Made by a program: the position numbers and the translations under genes
Shown here: one piece after another, positions 37,251-51,561 of the stretch
Layout of the letters: every line of letters starts with the position of its first letter
Numbering within the stretch: position 1 is the stretch's first letter
The notes under the pieces: generated by a model
Told to the model about the DNA's origin: nothing
What the model saw: the letters and a program-made list of their open reading frames with translations, nothing else
Database searches by the model: none
Origin: Octopus vulgaris
Taxonomy: Eukaryota
DNA length: 64,000 nt
Direction: 5' to 3'
NCBI GenBank assembly: GCA_951406725.2
Contig: OX597820.1
Location: 45,570,001 to 45,634,000 of the forward strand

Positions 37251-37456
37251 TTAACCCTTTAGCATTCAAACCAGCCATATCTGACCAAAACATTCTGCCT
37301 CTTTTATATTCAAACTGGCCAGATCCAACATTTCACACCCACTCTACAATGTCATAGTAAAAATAATCATATTGAAATTTCAAAGCTATGAGATAAAGAC
37401 AATGTGAATAAATGAACATTAGGTTTAAGAGAGTAATCTGAATACTAAAGGGTTAA
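37251..37456. mobile_element. piggyBac-type MITE (TTAA|CCCTTTAGCATTCA TIR)
   Basis: TTAA at both ends and TIRs ccctttagcattca / tgaatactaaaggg. Other copies at about 15381-15609, 22398-22608, 29495-30118, 56771-56982 and 59663-59879. Confidence 0.9.
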
Positions 37457-39337
37457 ACTGAATCCTATGGTGGACCCTGGATCAGAAGTTCCAGGGTTTT
37501 GAGGAATGTGGAGTCATCTTTTAACCACTATTATTCCCAGGTCTATTCTGACCCAAAGTAGTAATATCTGTCAGGGTTATAGCTATGGATTAATTAGCAT
37601 AATATTTTAATTGCCTGCCTCTACATGTGAAGACTGGATCTGATGGACTCTGGAGAAGAAACCATCATGGTTCAATGGAGGGGGAGGTGGCTGCAGTAAC
37701 ACACAGTGGTGTGCAGAGACCAAGATGAGGGAAGTACAGCATCTTGGCCATCCATTACATTCATCTCCATCCCCAGTCATCTTGACCTGACCTTACTACT
37801 GGATTGAACAATGGTCACGGATGAGATAGTGAGGTTGGCAGTTAGCAACTCTTCAATATAAATGAATAATCAGTCATTCTTAAGAACAATTAGATGGTCC
37901 TTGTGGCTCTGACAGACAGACAAACATATCAATGTTGCCACTTATATATCAAAACTGATAGCAATAATGATATGAACATCCTAGTCAAGCAGATTGCAAG
38001 AATTGATGCAGTAAAGTTACCATTTCAGATGAGGTGGAAGTAAAATCTCAAAGCCTAAAACTTAAGGTTAAGTATATGACTGGAATTAGACAAATTCCAT
38101 CAACTGTTTCACTGTTGTTCTGCCACTGCAGATCTTACACATTTACAGTCTGTATTTTACTGACATAAACATCATATACTCTGCAAACATCTCATAAAAA
38201 CAGCTTTTAGAATGGAGAGAGAAACCTTTTACTGCAAACTAAAATAGCAGTTTCTAAGTGTTTTCCCATTACATCAGTTTCATAAATGTTTTCCATTAAA
38301 TCAAATTATTGTTGTGGTAGTTGCCATAATTAGAAGAAACTTGTTTAACTAATTTATCTCTAATTGATTATCACATACAGTGTCTTGATAAAACTATGAG
38401 AATTATAAATTAATGGCTCAAACTGCTAATGTAAATGATATTAGATTTAATAAGCACTAATTTGAAACAGAAAAAGAGAGCTTCAGACCCAAATTGGTGT
38501 TAATAATGTTTAATGCAATTTCTGGGAATTGAATATACAGATTGAATACTCAGTGGAAACTTATTTTCGTAAGAAGATTGGTTGACAGATTAACAGAGAA
38601 CTATCATCTACCACATATGAATAGTTAAGAGTTTAGAATGAGAGACTGATATGTTCGCATGAAACTAAGAGTACAGAACTACTATATTAACTGCTGCATT
38701 TGCATGCATGCTCAAGCAGGCTTTGTGACATCACCCATGTTGATAATGTTATTATTCTTCATACAGTTACCAAAGTCATAAGGTTATTTACTATTCACTG
38801 ACACAAATAGAATTCATAAAAATAAACAAATTATAAAAAAAAAACCATGTACAGACTTATTTATATGCTTAGACATTATACATTCAATTAGTGTTGCCTT
38901 TATTCCATTGCTACTCAGTTCTTCATAATTGTGTGAGTAACAGGACATTCTGGGCAGCGACAAAATGAAGCCACAACAGAACAAACTACTGTAGGTATTG
39001 AGTACTTTCTTGGGGAAATAAATATATATAAGATTGGATGCAGGGGTGAGTGTGTGGTTAAGAAGCTTGCTTCTTAAACATGTGGTTTTAGATTCAGTCC
39101 CACAACATAGTACCTTGGGCCAATATCTCCTGTTATAGCCCTGGGCGGAGCAAAGCCCTTGTGAGTGGAATTCGTAGATGAAAACTGAAAGAAGCCCATT
39201 ATACATATATATTATTTCCCCGTGGTTGGACATAATTTCATGGAAGACTGGAAACAGACAAACTTGTACGATGTTGATTTACAAATATCATGTGATATCT
39301 AGACAAAGGCACACACACACACACACACACATATATA

Positions 39338-40430
39338 CAGGGTAAAGTATTTGAGGACATACCGTTTTGGGGTCATTGCTGTATGTTTTGTTAACTCTAT
39401 ATAATCTATGTTTCAGAAAATAATAATTGCAGACCCTCAGCTTACTCAAGAAATGAAGAGGCATGTTGTTATCATGGTTATAAAGACTGAGCATAGTGAT
39501 TTAGAAATATCTCGATTTTTAAAAGTCGCCAGAGCTAGAGACTGAAGATAGATACATATCACTAGTATCAAAGCAGAAAAAGCATTCTAAATGCTCTGAA
39601 ATCATCAGAGCACCTGAATTTATCCAGCAAGTTCAACACACCATTGATTACAATCCCAGAAAGTCCATGAGATCAATTGAAAAGATCTCCATGTGTCAGA
39701 AGGAACAGTCAGAAATGTTGTCCACGAAGACATCAGATATTAGTCTTATATGATGAGGAAAGGTCAGTTTGTCAGAAAAAGCAAAAGAAAATCACTACGT
39801 CAGATCTAAAAGGCTCTTAAACAAACTGAAAAATCCAGCAGAAGATTTGATTTGGTTTTTCTCAAACAACGAAAACTTCAACCAAGATCTAAAAGTTAAC
39901 AAGAAATGACAGATGGTTATGTACAGACCCTTCTGATGTTCCAAGTGTTATGCATACAAAATTTCCTTCAACTGTCATGGTCTTAGTGGTTGTCAGCAAT
40001 GAAGGACATGTGATGCCTCCTTACTTATTTCCACAAGGCCTTAGAGTTAACTCTGCTGCCTACATTGAGGTCCTAGAAACAATTGTTAAGTCCTGGATAG
40101 ACTGTATTCAATGGAAGGCCATGTGTGTTTCAGTAAAACTCTGCACTATCACATATGGCTCTAGTAATACAGGAATGGATGGCTGAAAATTTTTGATGAT
40201 CACATAACATTTGGCCTCCTAATTCCCCAAATTTCAACCCATTGGCCTATTACATGTGGTGCCTTGTTGAGAAAGAGGTCAATGAACATGCCCATAACAC
40301 CAAAGATTCTTTGAAAGCTGCCAGTCAGAGTAATGTCCAAAATGAACCGGGACCACTTGATTCGGACATGTAGATGTCATATAGATGCAGTTGTTGAAGC
40401 TGAAGGTGGCTTTATTGAATCACATTATAG
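39338..40430 (+). mobile_element. Fossil Tc1/mariner transposon, probably DD37D/maT-like
   Basis: TA|CAGGGT start. NPRKSMRSI, KRLLNKLK, NDRWLC, TKFPSTVMVLVVVSNEG, WPPNSP.FNPL.YY.W, AVVEAEGGFIE, with frameshifts. Confidence 0.88.
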
Positions 40431-40762
40431 AAAAGAGAGTTTGTGTACATGTGCGTGTGCACATATGTTCCTTATGCATTCGAATACTGAGTTGCCGATT
40501 CTGATGTATGGGGTATCAAAAGATTCAGTAATCTTTCAGCTATCAAATAAACTTTTTTTTAACATATTTTCAATGTTATCTCAACAATCAGCTTTAGTTA
40601 CTTGAAAGTCACTGCTCTACAACAACCAGGTTTCATTAGAAAGTGAAAATAGTTTCGCACTTTCAATTTGAACCATTACGAGAATAATGACGTGTGAATA
40701 ATGTAAGTAATGTTTCTCCAAATTAGTCACATCTGTATTATAATAAAGAAAGCTGCTTATCA

Positions 40763-42615
40763 TCTATATATATAAAGACTATAAAATAAACTATGTTTTT
40801 GGTATAACTTTTTTGTTCTACTAAAATAACCTCGAAAACAAGGTCGTGTCACACAATTTTGTCGTCAATTTCAGGCAATATTTCAATTTGCTTCTAATGT
40901 TTCACTTCCATCTGATGCTTCACATGTACAGAGTTCTACTCAGACAAACATTTATGAAAAAATACACTAAATATTGTATTACAATAAGTCACAACCAAAA
41001 CAATTTCATTAAAAGACATCTATTTCTCTGTTATGAAGATTTACAGTCGGTCATTCTCTCTCACACACATGCACACATACATACAAAAAACATGTATGCA
41101 TATGTATTCATGTATGTGTATACAAAAGATAATGTGTGTGATGGAGAGAGAGGGAGAGAGCAAGTGCCACTTATAAATGCAAAAAAATACATACATGACA
41201 ACACACTTTCACTCATTCTCTCTCTCTCTCTTGCACATACGTCCATTTCATATACAAGTACATACATCTTTCATTTTCTGCACTCACTTCAAAGTAAATG
41301 TCACCTTTTCACTTTTTCCTCTTTCAATTACTGCTCCCTTCAAAGCATAATGAAATAAATTTTTACGGAAATTAACAAACAATCATATGATCCCATATGA
41401 TCAAGTTGACAACTTTGCTGCTTCAAACAGAAGAATGCCATAAAATAACCTCCTTTGGCACACACATAAGATAAAACTTCTGTATGAATTATGTCATTTC
41501 TTACTGTGTGCACGTGCAAAATTACAGCTCAAATCCAATTGAAATTACCTTTTTCTATTTTGTAATTTGCATTTGTAATGAGCATATTTAAAAACCTGAT
41601 CTTCAATATAAACTTAAAAGGAAGTTTTCCCAGAAATCCTGTCCTTTACCTGTTGTTTCTAGCATGTTCAAGGTGACATTTGTGCTCCCCACCTTTATTT
41701 TTTTCCAATTACTATGTTATCAATACAGGAGATTAAGATTTTGCCCAAAAGGCATGTTCTCAATATTTTAATTTTCTCTTTCCCAACTGCAATTTCTTCA
41801 TTTTTACTTTTTTCCAAATTTTTTTTTTGGTAATTCACAGAGAAAAAAAAACACAGAGTACAAATCTTTAAGAATTTTCTTCTTCCTTTTTCCTTAAACA
41901 CTGAAATCTCCTTCCCAAACATCCACCCATCACCTCTTTCAAAAAGCTACAAATTCCCAATGTTTCACTTTTAGCTCTTTGGAAAACAGAGAAGTTTCTT
42001 CAGAAATAATGTTGTTTACCTTTTGTTTCTAGCATGTCAGGTTTTCTGGAATTTTTTACGTCTGTTATTTCAGTACAATTCTACGCATATGTGAAACATC
42101 AGATGAAAGTGAAACATTGGGAGATTTTAGCTTTTTGAAAGCACGTAGATGATTGGTGGGCAAGGTGGGGGAAGGGGCACTGAATGTTTCTTTAAGAAAA
42201 ATTAAACTTTAAAATATATATATTTCCCTGATTCATAATCTGTATTTTTCTACATGTATAGAAAAAAAATTTGAAAAAAAAATTACAAATTAAAAAATAG
42301 CAGTGGTGATGGAGCAAATTAAAAATTTTGAAATTGTAATTTCTGAGCAAATTCATATTAACTCCCTTTTATATGATGAAACAATACATAGTTTATGATC
42401 CTTCTTAAAAACAGAAAGCACTTTCATGCAAACCCATGCAAATTGTACCCTCCCCCACTTCACTTTTAAACAAACAATATCTTCCATTATGCCAATAATC
42501 CAATCCACTATATATCACGTTGTGCCTATTCTGCCCATAAGAAAGGAACAAATAATACAATGTGGCTATAGGTCATAACACCTGGGCAATGCTGGATGCA
42601 TAGTTAATCTGCTAC
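40763..42615 (+). mobile_element. Possible old non-autonomous Helitron with internal inverted segments
   Basis: tctatatatataaa start and degenerate 3' hairpin cctgggcaatgctgg at 42581. Internal IRs (41938-41972 vs 42106-42140; 40896-40945 vs 42070-42118). Confidence 0.4.
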
Positions 42616-44486
42616 TAAATTTCTAGCTTTTAAATACAAAACCTTATCGTTGCAAGACACTTTTTTTTTCTTGCTTCAATGATTAGACTGCAGCCCTGCT
42701 GGGGTACCTTCTTGAAGAGTTTTAGTCAAACTTATCGATCCTTGTACGTGTTTTTTTTTTTTTTTTTGTAAAGCCTGGTACTTATTTTCTCAGTCTCTTT
42801 TACTGAACCACTAAGTTTCAGGGGACATAAACACACCAACACCAGCTTACTTGTGGTAGAGGACAAACACATACACAAAAACACATTCTCTCTTTCTCAC
42901 ACACGAGTCTTCTTTCAGTTTCCATCTACCAAATCCGCATACAAGGTTTTGGTCAACTCAAAGTTAGAGTAGATGACACTTGCTCAAGGTGTCACGCAGT
43001 GGGACTGAACTCTGAATCATGTGGTTGGGAAGCAAACGTTTTACCACATAGCCATACCTGTACCATGTAAACAACAAGAAAGTGAGAAATATTTTTAATG
43101 TTATATCAGCTGTCATGATGGAGATGGATGAGAACCATCTATAGAGGAGATGGAAGCCTACAACTCTGCTGACAGTTCGACAGAGTGGGCAATCAGGGCT
43201 AGACAGTCTTAGAAGGCAGGCAGGCTAGAAGGATAACACAAAGCAAAAACCCTCACTGCTTGGGGTACCTGTAAAGAAGCAACAGCTTAAGGAAGGCAGC
43301 CTCAATAGTGCATTAGCTTAAAAGTGAACTTGTAGTCCACCAACTCCACTCACTTCAAAATAAGGGAATAAGGGAAACAATGAATTGATAGTGGTTGTTG
43401 TAACTAATGACCCCAGCCCTCAGCTGTGAGGAAGGAATATTCATTCATTCATATATATGTCATGCTTACTTTAGTGTTAAACTTTGGTTCAATTTGTTTT
43501 CCCTCCATAGTTTTAGCTTAGCACCATGTATAAGTTGCACCCTAGCTCTTTCAGTTAAAATTAAGTGTAAGATACAGTGACTTATGAGTAAATACAATAT
43601 ATAACATACATTTTGAGGCCACACACCACAAGCAATAGATGGTTCAACATTCTTATGTAATCCTACGATGTTGGGGAAATTACCCCCGTTTCTTTCTTTT
43701 ATTGTCTAAACATAAATAGCAGGTGCCTAGCTGCCTTAGTGTACTGGGTGCTGTTTATGGCATACAGTACACTAAGAGCTTTCTCAAGCCCCTGCACTGT
43801 CACTATCTGTCAATTCAAAGAGCGACACCACAGGCCTTGAGGAGGCTCTTTACCTTGTTGATAGCAAGGAAACCGTTCTAGCAGTGGTGCCACGAAAAAT
43901 TCACCTAATACACTCTGCAAAGTGATTAGTGTTAGGAAAGGTACCCAACTGCAGAAAGCATGCCAAAAAAAAAAAGAGAGACATTCAAGCAAGACATGAT
44001 CCTTTGATCCACTGAATTGTCAAACCATCCTACCCATGACAACATGGAAAGCAGGCATAAAATGATAATAATGATAATCAATATACATATGAATATGTGT
44101 GTGTGTATAAAGCAATACAAACTATTGGTTAGTTATTCTGATTTCTATTAATCACTGTGAAGTGATTAACAAAATAAGCTTGTTTATTCAATGTTCACTT
44201 TGCATGTTATTTACAATATAAAACTTATTCAGTGATAACAAAGAAGATACATCTTTTTGTTATTCTTCTATTATTTTCCATACACAATTTTAAAATACTT
44301 ATATCCATTTACCTCTAGTTTAATAGCTATTTTAGCCTGTATATTCTGCTGATTATTATAAATGAAACTATAGTCTAAGGTACAAAAAGAATGTTCCAGT
44401 CTATTACATCCAACTTTTTTTTTACATTCTAATACATAATGAAGCATTGTTTTCCTCTTAATGATAAGCCATCAACTGACAATAAC

Positions 44487-44549
<63 letters not shown>

Positions 44550-44801
44550 TATGTTAACCCTTTAATATCCACACATATTCAGCCTTTAAATCACTGGGTT
44601 ACTGCCCTTACATCAATACCTTATAAAGGCATATTTTAAATTTTCTTCCTTTGATAATTTTATTTCCAATATCCTAATTAGCCCAAAGCCTAACCAACAG
44701 TCATTTTTATTTTACTTAGTTTTTGAAAATACGATATAACAACTCCACCATTTATTCACTTGTATTTTCCTCCATGAAATATATATATATATATATATAT
44801 A

Positions 44802-45857
44802 TTAGGGTAATACCTTTTAACTGGTTGAAATCCTTCATCCTCAGCCGAAAGGAGGTAGTCACAGTTCTAGGACAGCACTCTACACCATATGAGATGTCAT
44901 CGGGTGTACCACAGGGATCTGTCCTTGGCCCCCTCTTGTTTGTGGCATACATTAACGACATAGATGCCAATTTGGAGAATGCCACAGTATTGAAATATGC
45001 AGACGACATCAAGCTGTACCTTGAAATCAAGAGGACAGATCCTGATGTCTACAACTCTTTCCTGCAATCAGACCTAGACACAATGCAGCAATGGATCACA
45101 GACTGGCAACTGAAACTGGCTGTGGACAAGTGTACCACCATGCATTTTGGGAGAAAAAACCCTGCGTTCACATACTCCCTCCACAACACTGATATCAAGA
45201 AATCCTCTTGCGAGCGTGACCTAGGCATCACTGTCAGCAGTGATTTGCGTTGGTCAAAGCATATCTCTAAGATTGTCAGGAAGGCCGAGGGTGTCTTGGC
45301 ATCACTCAGCAGGTCTTTTGTTAGCCGCTCTCCAGCCATCTATTTAAAACTGTATACAGCTATGGTACGACCACACTTGGAATTCGCATCATCAGTTTGG
45401 AACCCCTATCTTGCACAGAACATTGACCTCCTGGAATCTGTCCAGAGACGTGCAACCAAACGCATACCCTCCATCAGACACCTACCATATTCTGAGCGCC
45501 TTGTTTCCCTGGGCATGGATTCACTGAAGCTCCGGCGTTTGGCGACGGACTTGGTAAACACCCACAAAGTTATCAACCACCTCACCAACAACAACACTGA
45601 ACACCTTTTTGATCTCCATGTGTCTAACACACGTGGACATGCCTACAAAGTCAGAAAACAATACAGCTCCCATGACTTTCGGAAACATTTTTTCACGCTC
45701 AGAGTTGCTGAAGCATGGAATAAACTGCCTGCGTCAGTTGTTGACTGCCATGACACTGCATCTTTTAAGGCCCTCATGCTTTCCGAAATCCGCCGAAACT
45801 TCACCTGATTATATATACACTTTAGATGAGTTGTAGTGCACCTGAGCACTGTACACA

Positions 45858-45889
<32 letters not shown>

Positions 45890-45900
45890 ATTATTATTAC
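44802..45900 (+). mobile_element. 5'-truncated CR1-clade LINE with open RT C-terminal half
   Basis: SGVPQGSVLGPLLF, YADDIKL, ERDLGI, VRPHLEFASSVWNP, LESVQRRATK, TRGH, FF..RV..WNKLP. Stop at 45808, (ATT)n tail, 5' end abuts (TA)n. Confidence 0.95.
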
Positions 45901-45950
45901 CAGTGCCTAGCACACAAAAATAAAATAATCAATAGACTATATATTATTCA

Positions 45951-46086
45951 CATAAAAATATCGTGTACATTAGAACACATTAAGAGGCTTCCAAATAGGA
46001 AAGCCTATTTTCTACTACTCTTTCTAGCACAAGGCTTTTCTATTTGGAAGCCTCTTAATGTGTTCTAATGTACACAATATTTTTAT

Positions 46087-46087
<1 letters not shown>
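45951..46087. repeat. 56-bp inverted repeat with a 25-bp spacer
   Basis: cataaaaatatcgtgtacattagaacacattaagaggcttccaaatagg / ctatttggaagcctcttaatgtgttctaatgtacacaatatttttatg. Confidence 0.92.
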
Positions 46088-46117
<30 letters not shown>

Positions 46118-46928
46118 CACACTCAGTACCGTGTTATTTCCTTATGCTAAGCCTCACTGAGGAAATGACAAGGGACCAGGAGATGTGGCGATTTGCTATA
46201 CTTGATAAGATGTGTCAAGCTAAGTAAAAGCTGCTATTTTCCACACATACAAGCTCTACACATTTTCTGTTGTTAGAAATGAGGGGTAGCAGCAAGTGTG
46301 TGACAACTTGTTCTCATCACAAGTGTCTGATGAGGGTAGGCTTTTGGTAGTGGTGGCAATAAGAGTGACAGAAGAGCATTATATAAATGCCTGCAACAGA
46401 ATGAACTCAGTTAAAGACACCAAAGATCCAGCTGGTGGTAACTATGTTAAGCCCTGGGTCATCCCTGACTGAGCACACTGATGATGAAAGACAGTCTAAC
46501 CTTGATTGCTGCATCATTTTATCCAAAATATAGTCTTATCCAAAATATAGTAGGGTACAACTGGAGGAAATTTGGCTAATATTTCTGAGGACAACATAAA
46601 GGTTTCCATATGTGCTGAAACTGGAAAGTGTACGAGGCCTTCCGACCAAATTCTTTACAATATTGTAACGACAACAACGACAATAATAATTGCTATAACC
46701 TTTTAAGGGCCAGTTCTTAACTCCTGGTTTATAGTGTTAAGTACATGGGTAGCATACTCTTATCTAGGGTAACATTTCTAAAAGTATCAGCCCTGCACTA
46801 ATCATTAAATCCAATCTTTCTTTCCCAGAACATCAGCTCTATGAAATTTCTTCCTTGCAAAATCACTACCTCATGATTATGAGCCCAACGACCTAGCCAC
46901 TGAGTCATGTGCCTTCACAAATATAGCT

Positions 46929-46997
46929 TTCCCATGCCAGGAATCAAATCCGAGATGCCTGGGTGAAAGCCAGGAATCATATCCATTATACCACCTT
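46929..46997 (-). pseudogene. tRNA-Glu(TTC) pseudogene
   Basis: ggtggtataatggatatgattcctggctTTCacccaggcatctcggatttgattcctggcatgggaa. Anticodon arm intact, T-loop mutated, 5' acceptor strand lost. Confidence 0.75.
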
Positions 46998-48071
46998 ATT
47001 CAATCAACCAACCACAATATTATGTAGCCAGCACCAGTTTCAAATCATCTCAAGGGCAACAGAAAAATAAACATACTTCCATTGCTCTGAGATCAAGAGA
47101 CTACTACCCTTTAATGGATACCTCTGGCTGAAGAGTAACTTGATTTCCTTAGCTTGCAAAAGATTGCTAACTTAAGCCTCAACTGATTACTTAACACTGA
47201 CTAACAAGAATATTGTTACTTGAGAAATAGGGTGTGGAATTAATAACACCAGAGTCACCTACCACCTGTAATACAGCAGCTTCTGCTGCTAACAAAAAAT
47301 TCAGGAATTATTGGATATTCCATAATCTCTGAGCAGATTAAATTGATTGGTAATTGGTTTGAAACTGAGAACATGGTATTGTATTTCAGCCGATGAGCTC
47401 AACAACAACAACTGGCATACACAACATTCCACAATGTGTAATCTGATATTATCATATTAATAGCTCAGTCTTGCTGCTGCACACAAACCTTGATTCATAA
47501 ACACAAAAACCTTATTATTACATGGATCTCTCCAATGTGCAAACACCATGCCCACCCTCGTGTGTTTCCTCTATAGATAAAACACAGAAATAGAGGAGAA
47601 AGGTTAGTTAATTAGTTAGGTGTGTGTGTGTACACGTACACCAGTATCATAGAGGAAACATTGACAGTACTATTAAAATCAAACTTCAGGAGGCCAGAGC
47701 CCCACAAATGAGATGAAACAAAATCAAAAGAAGAGGCATTTTGTTGCGCTACAAACCCTTTCAACCCAATATTGGAAAACGAACAATATGGTGGTTATAC
47801 ACATACATACACACATTATTAATGTTAGTTCTCGTGTCATTTTTAGAAAAAACAGTCCGACATTAACTGAAGGATTACTCCATACATTTATGAAGAATAT
47901 GTCGCATTTACAATATTTTTACAAGGGAAAGGTTGACTGACTTTGAAGTTCAGCTCAGTTGTCTTAATCAATTTTGACTAAAGTAAAGGAACTGAAACTT
48001 TAGTCACTGCCAAAATTTCCCTTGTAAAAAAAAAAAAAAAACTATAGACAAACACATACATACATACACAT

Positions 48072-48129
<58 letters not shown>

Positions 48130-48810
48130 CTTATGTTTCATTTCTTTAAGGGACTTGTATAATCTCCTTTTATTTAAATAGACTGGACTATCTAAGAATT
48201 ACTTTGGCTGTAGACGCAATAAAATGTTGTTGACAAGGTGTGAACTCCTCAACTAGTTGTTTGGTACCTTATTCATTCAGGGTAAAGGGTAAAGACCCCC
48301 TTTGATCATGAATGACTATGGGATTGCACCTAGAAAGTTCCCCTCCAAGGCACAAATCCAGGCAAGGTTTTCTATGGAAGACCTGTAGTCACCCATGCAT
48401 ACCAGTCTTCCCTCTCTACACCGATATTATCCAAGGGAAAGGCAAAGGCAGCCATGCTGGGACACCACGTTAAAGGGTATCAGTCAAACAAATTGACCCC
48501 AGCACTTATTTTTAAGCCTGGCACTTATTCTATTGGTCCCTTTGACCAAACTGCTACATTACAGGGATGTAACAAATGCAAAGACACACACATAGATATA
48601 TACGTGTGTGAGAGTGAAAGAGAGAATGCATGTGTGTATACACACACACAACGGGCTTTTTATTTCCATCTACCAAAGCCACTCACAAGACTTTCGTTGG
48701 CCCAGGGCTGTAAAAAACACTTGCCATGTCTTCTAAGGAGCCATGAGGTGTGACTGAACTAAAAACCATATGGTTGGGATGCAAATTTCATAATTGCACA
48801 GCCATACCTA

Positions 48811-49020
48811 GGGTGGCCCAAAAGTCACAAAAGTGTTGGTAACTCATTTAAGTTTTATTTTAAATTTACTGTACCATATACCTACTGCACCATATACAGT
48901 AGGTATATAGAAAATATATGTACAGTAGGCATGAAAAATCACCTTGTATACTACAATACAAAAATGGAATTAAAACAAATTTATTAGAATTTTTGATCCC
49001 TTTGTGACTTTAGGGCCACC
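48811..49020. mobile_element. Tc1/mariner-type MITE
   Basis: TIRs ggtggcccaaaagtcacaaa / tttgtgactttagggccacc. Confidence 0.75.
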
Positions 49021-49025
49021 ATATG

Positions 49026-49282
49026 TATCAATCATAAGGGTGCGCAAGGTGCCTACAAGCTAGAAAGAGGGGTAAAAACCATCATTTAAACCACCAATAA
49101 CACTGAAAAATACAACAGAAAATCAACAATTGTTGGGCGAAAGATTTAAAGAATATTTAACCCATTCGCCCAACTACTGTTGATTTTCTGTCTTATTTTT
49201 CAGTGTTATTTGGTGGTTTAAATGAGGGTTTTAACTCCTCTTTCTAGCAGGTAGGCACCTTGCGCACCCTTATGATTGATAT
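49026..49282. repeat. About 115-bp inverted repeat with a 25-bp spacer
   Basis: atcaatcataagggtgcgcaaggtgcctac...gttgggcga versus tcgcccaac...gtaggcaccttgcgcacccttatgattgat. Confidence 0.92.
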
Positions 49283-49630
49283 AAATTTTAAATCTATAGC
49301 TATCTAATGCTATTTAAGGCCTGCTACTACCTATATTATTGTTGCTATTATCAACTATTTATATTACTGCAGATAATAATAATAATATCTATATAAATAT
49401 TCACTTCTAGATATTTACTCAGTTTATATATGTATATATGTTATGTTTTTGTACTAATGGGTATATGTCAATTACAGTATTGAGTGAAGCACATTCACAG
49501 TTTAGGCTACCTCATGTCATCTAGAGTCGGGGTATATTTCTGCTGGATCGACTGAATCAAGACTAATGCCAAATCCATCTTCCATTTCATTCATTGATTA
49601 TATATATATATATATATACATATACACACA

Positions 49631-49710
49631 CTAGGGTACTACATAAGCACCTGCTTCGCTAAAGATAGACTTCTATTTTTAGCAAAGCAGTTGCTTATGT
49701 AGTATCCTAG
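49631..49710. repeat. About 38-bp inverted repeat (hairpin)
   Basis: ctagggtactacataagcacctgcttcgctaaa / tttagcaaagcagttgcttatgtagtatcctag. Confidence 0.85.
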
Positions 49711-51561
49711 TATATACAAATATACTTATATATCTTATGTATAATTATTAATTTTGCCTATACGGCTTTTATGTTTGTGACTACTAACATTATTTTTAGG
49801 AATAATAATGTTATATATATATATATATTATAGAGATGCATTTGCAGGTACAAAGACAAGAAAAAGCATAGCTTATTTATTCACTGCAACACGACACTAC
49901 ATTTCTTTTTGTTTTTAATGCATTCAAACATATGTGAAAAAGTTCAGCATAGCCACAAGCTTCCAACAAATATATCACATGCACAGAGACATACATACTA
50001 TAGTGACAGCTAGTGCATCATACTTTAAATATTTACTTCTAAAGCACAGAGGTGAAAAAATTCTAGTTTTGATTATTAACCATAAAATTTAATAAGAGTT
50101 AAAGAATAGAATGGATGGAAGTAATTAACAGTTACTATTGTTACTTTTGTTAACTGTTCTCATCAGGAATGTGGCACAGATAAATTCAAAGTCCCAATCT
50201 TCAGCAGTTATCTTCTTTTACTTGTTTCAGCCATTGGACTGTGACCATACTGAGGAACCACCTTGAAAGTATTTTATTCATTTTTTTTTAATGTCCGGTA
50301 CTTATTCTATTGGTTTCTTTTGCCAAGCAGCTAAGTTACAGGAGCTTAAACACACACACACACACAGATAGATAGATAACAGATTTCAACACAGTTTCTG
50401 TCTACCAAATTCACTCACAAGGCACTGGGGAGCCCAGAGGTATAGTAGAAGACACTTGCCCAAGGTGCTACTCAGAGGGACTGAACCTAAAACCACATGG
50501 TTGCAAAGAGAGCTTCTTAATCACACAGCCATGCCTGTGCATATAACCCAATAGTGCTAATAATAATAATCCTTTTGACTATAGGCACAAGGCCTGAAAC
50601 TGGAGGGAAGGGACTAGTCAATTACATCAACCCCAGTACTCAACTAGTACTTAATTCACTGACCCCAAAAGGACGAAAGGCAAAGTCGACCACAGCAGAA
50701 TTTGAACTCAGAACATAAGGATACACAAAATGCCACTATGCATTTTGCACAGCATGTTAACAATTCTGCCAGCACACCACTTTGATAATGATAATAACAG
50801 TGATTGCAAACGAAGACACAGCATCATACAGTGTACTTGGGTCAGCTTGAGGTTATGACAAAGGCATTTGCTCAAGTCTTGCACAGTGGAAATGAAGATC
50901 TTAACTGCAAAGCCAAAGAAAGGATGAAACACAAAATGGACAATAATAATAATGGTTTCAAATTTTGACACAAGGCCAGCAGTTTCAGAGGAGGAGTTAA
51001 GAATTAACTGGAGGGAAATAGTAGGGTTCAATATAAGGAGTTATTTTGGAAAAAGGGTGGATATGGGAAGTATAAAGGGAAATAAGAGTATAAGAATGAA
51101 ATAAAAATATATATAGAATGTTACAGTTTCAGTTCCATTATCCAAGGAAAGTAAAGTGTAGAATGGATAGAAATGCTTCTTCTCCATGGTATGTAGATTC
51201 CAATAGGCGTTCATATTTTGTTATTACAAGTAGATAGTGTGGAAACAAATTTCATGTGCTGTTCAAACCTTGTGGTGTGAATGAAATTTTGAGAACGTAC
51301 TGGTAGGGGTAAGTAGATAGAGAGAAGAGAATAGATATGTTAGGAGGAGGATGGTATAAGTCAAAAGGAATAGGGGAGAATATATATATATGATCGCTCA
51401 AAATGGGGAATAGACAGACAGCCAACAACTGATGAAGGCTTTTTCTTTGTATTCTTTGTATTACTTATCTTATTTTCCATTATAATCTCTCATTATATGC
51501 GTATTTAACTCATTTGTTTCCGTATCTCATATTGTTTACTGTTGGTGATGTCCTGCACCCA

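Noticed and set aside
44723-44801. N-terminus of the 361-aa ORF
   Set aside because: Flank and (TA)n in frame with a truncated CR1, not a real start.
46476-46500. ctgatgatgaaagacagtc as a hammerhead
   Set aside because: No stem II and no stem I pairing.
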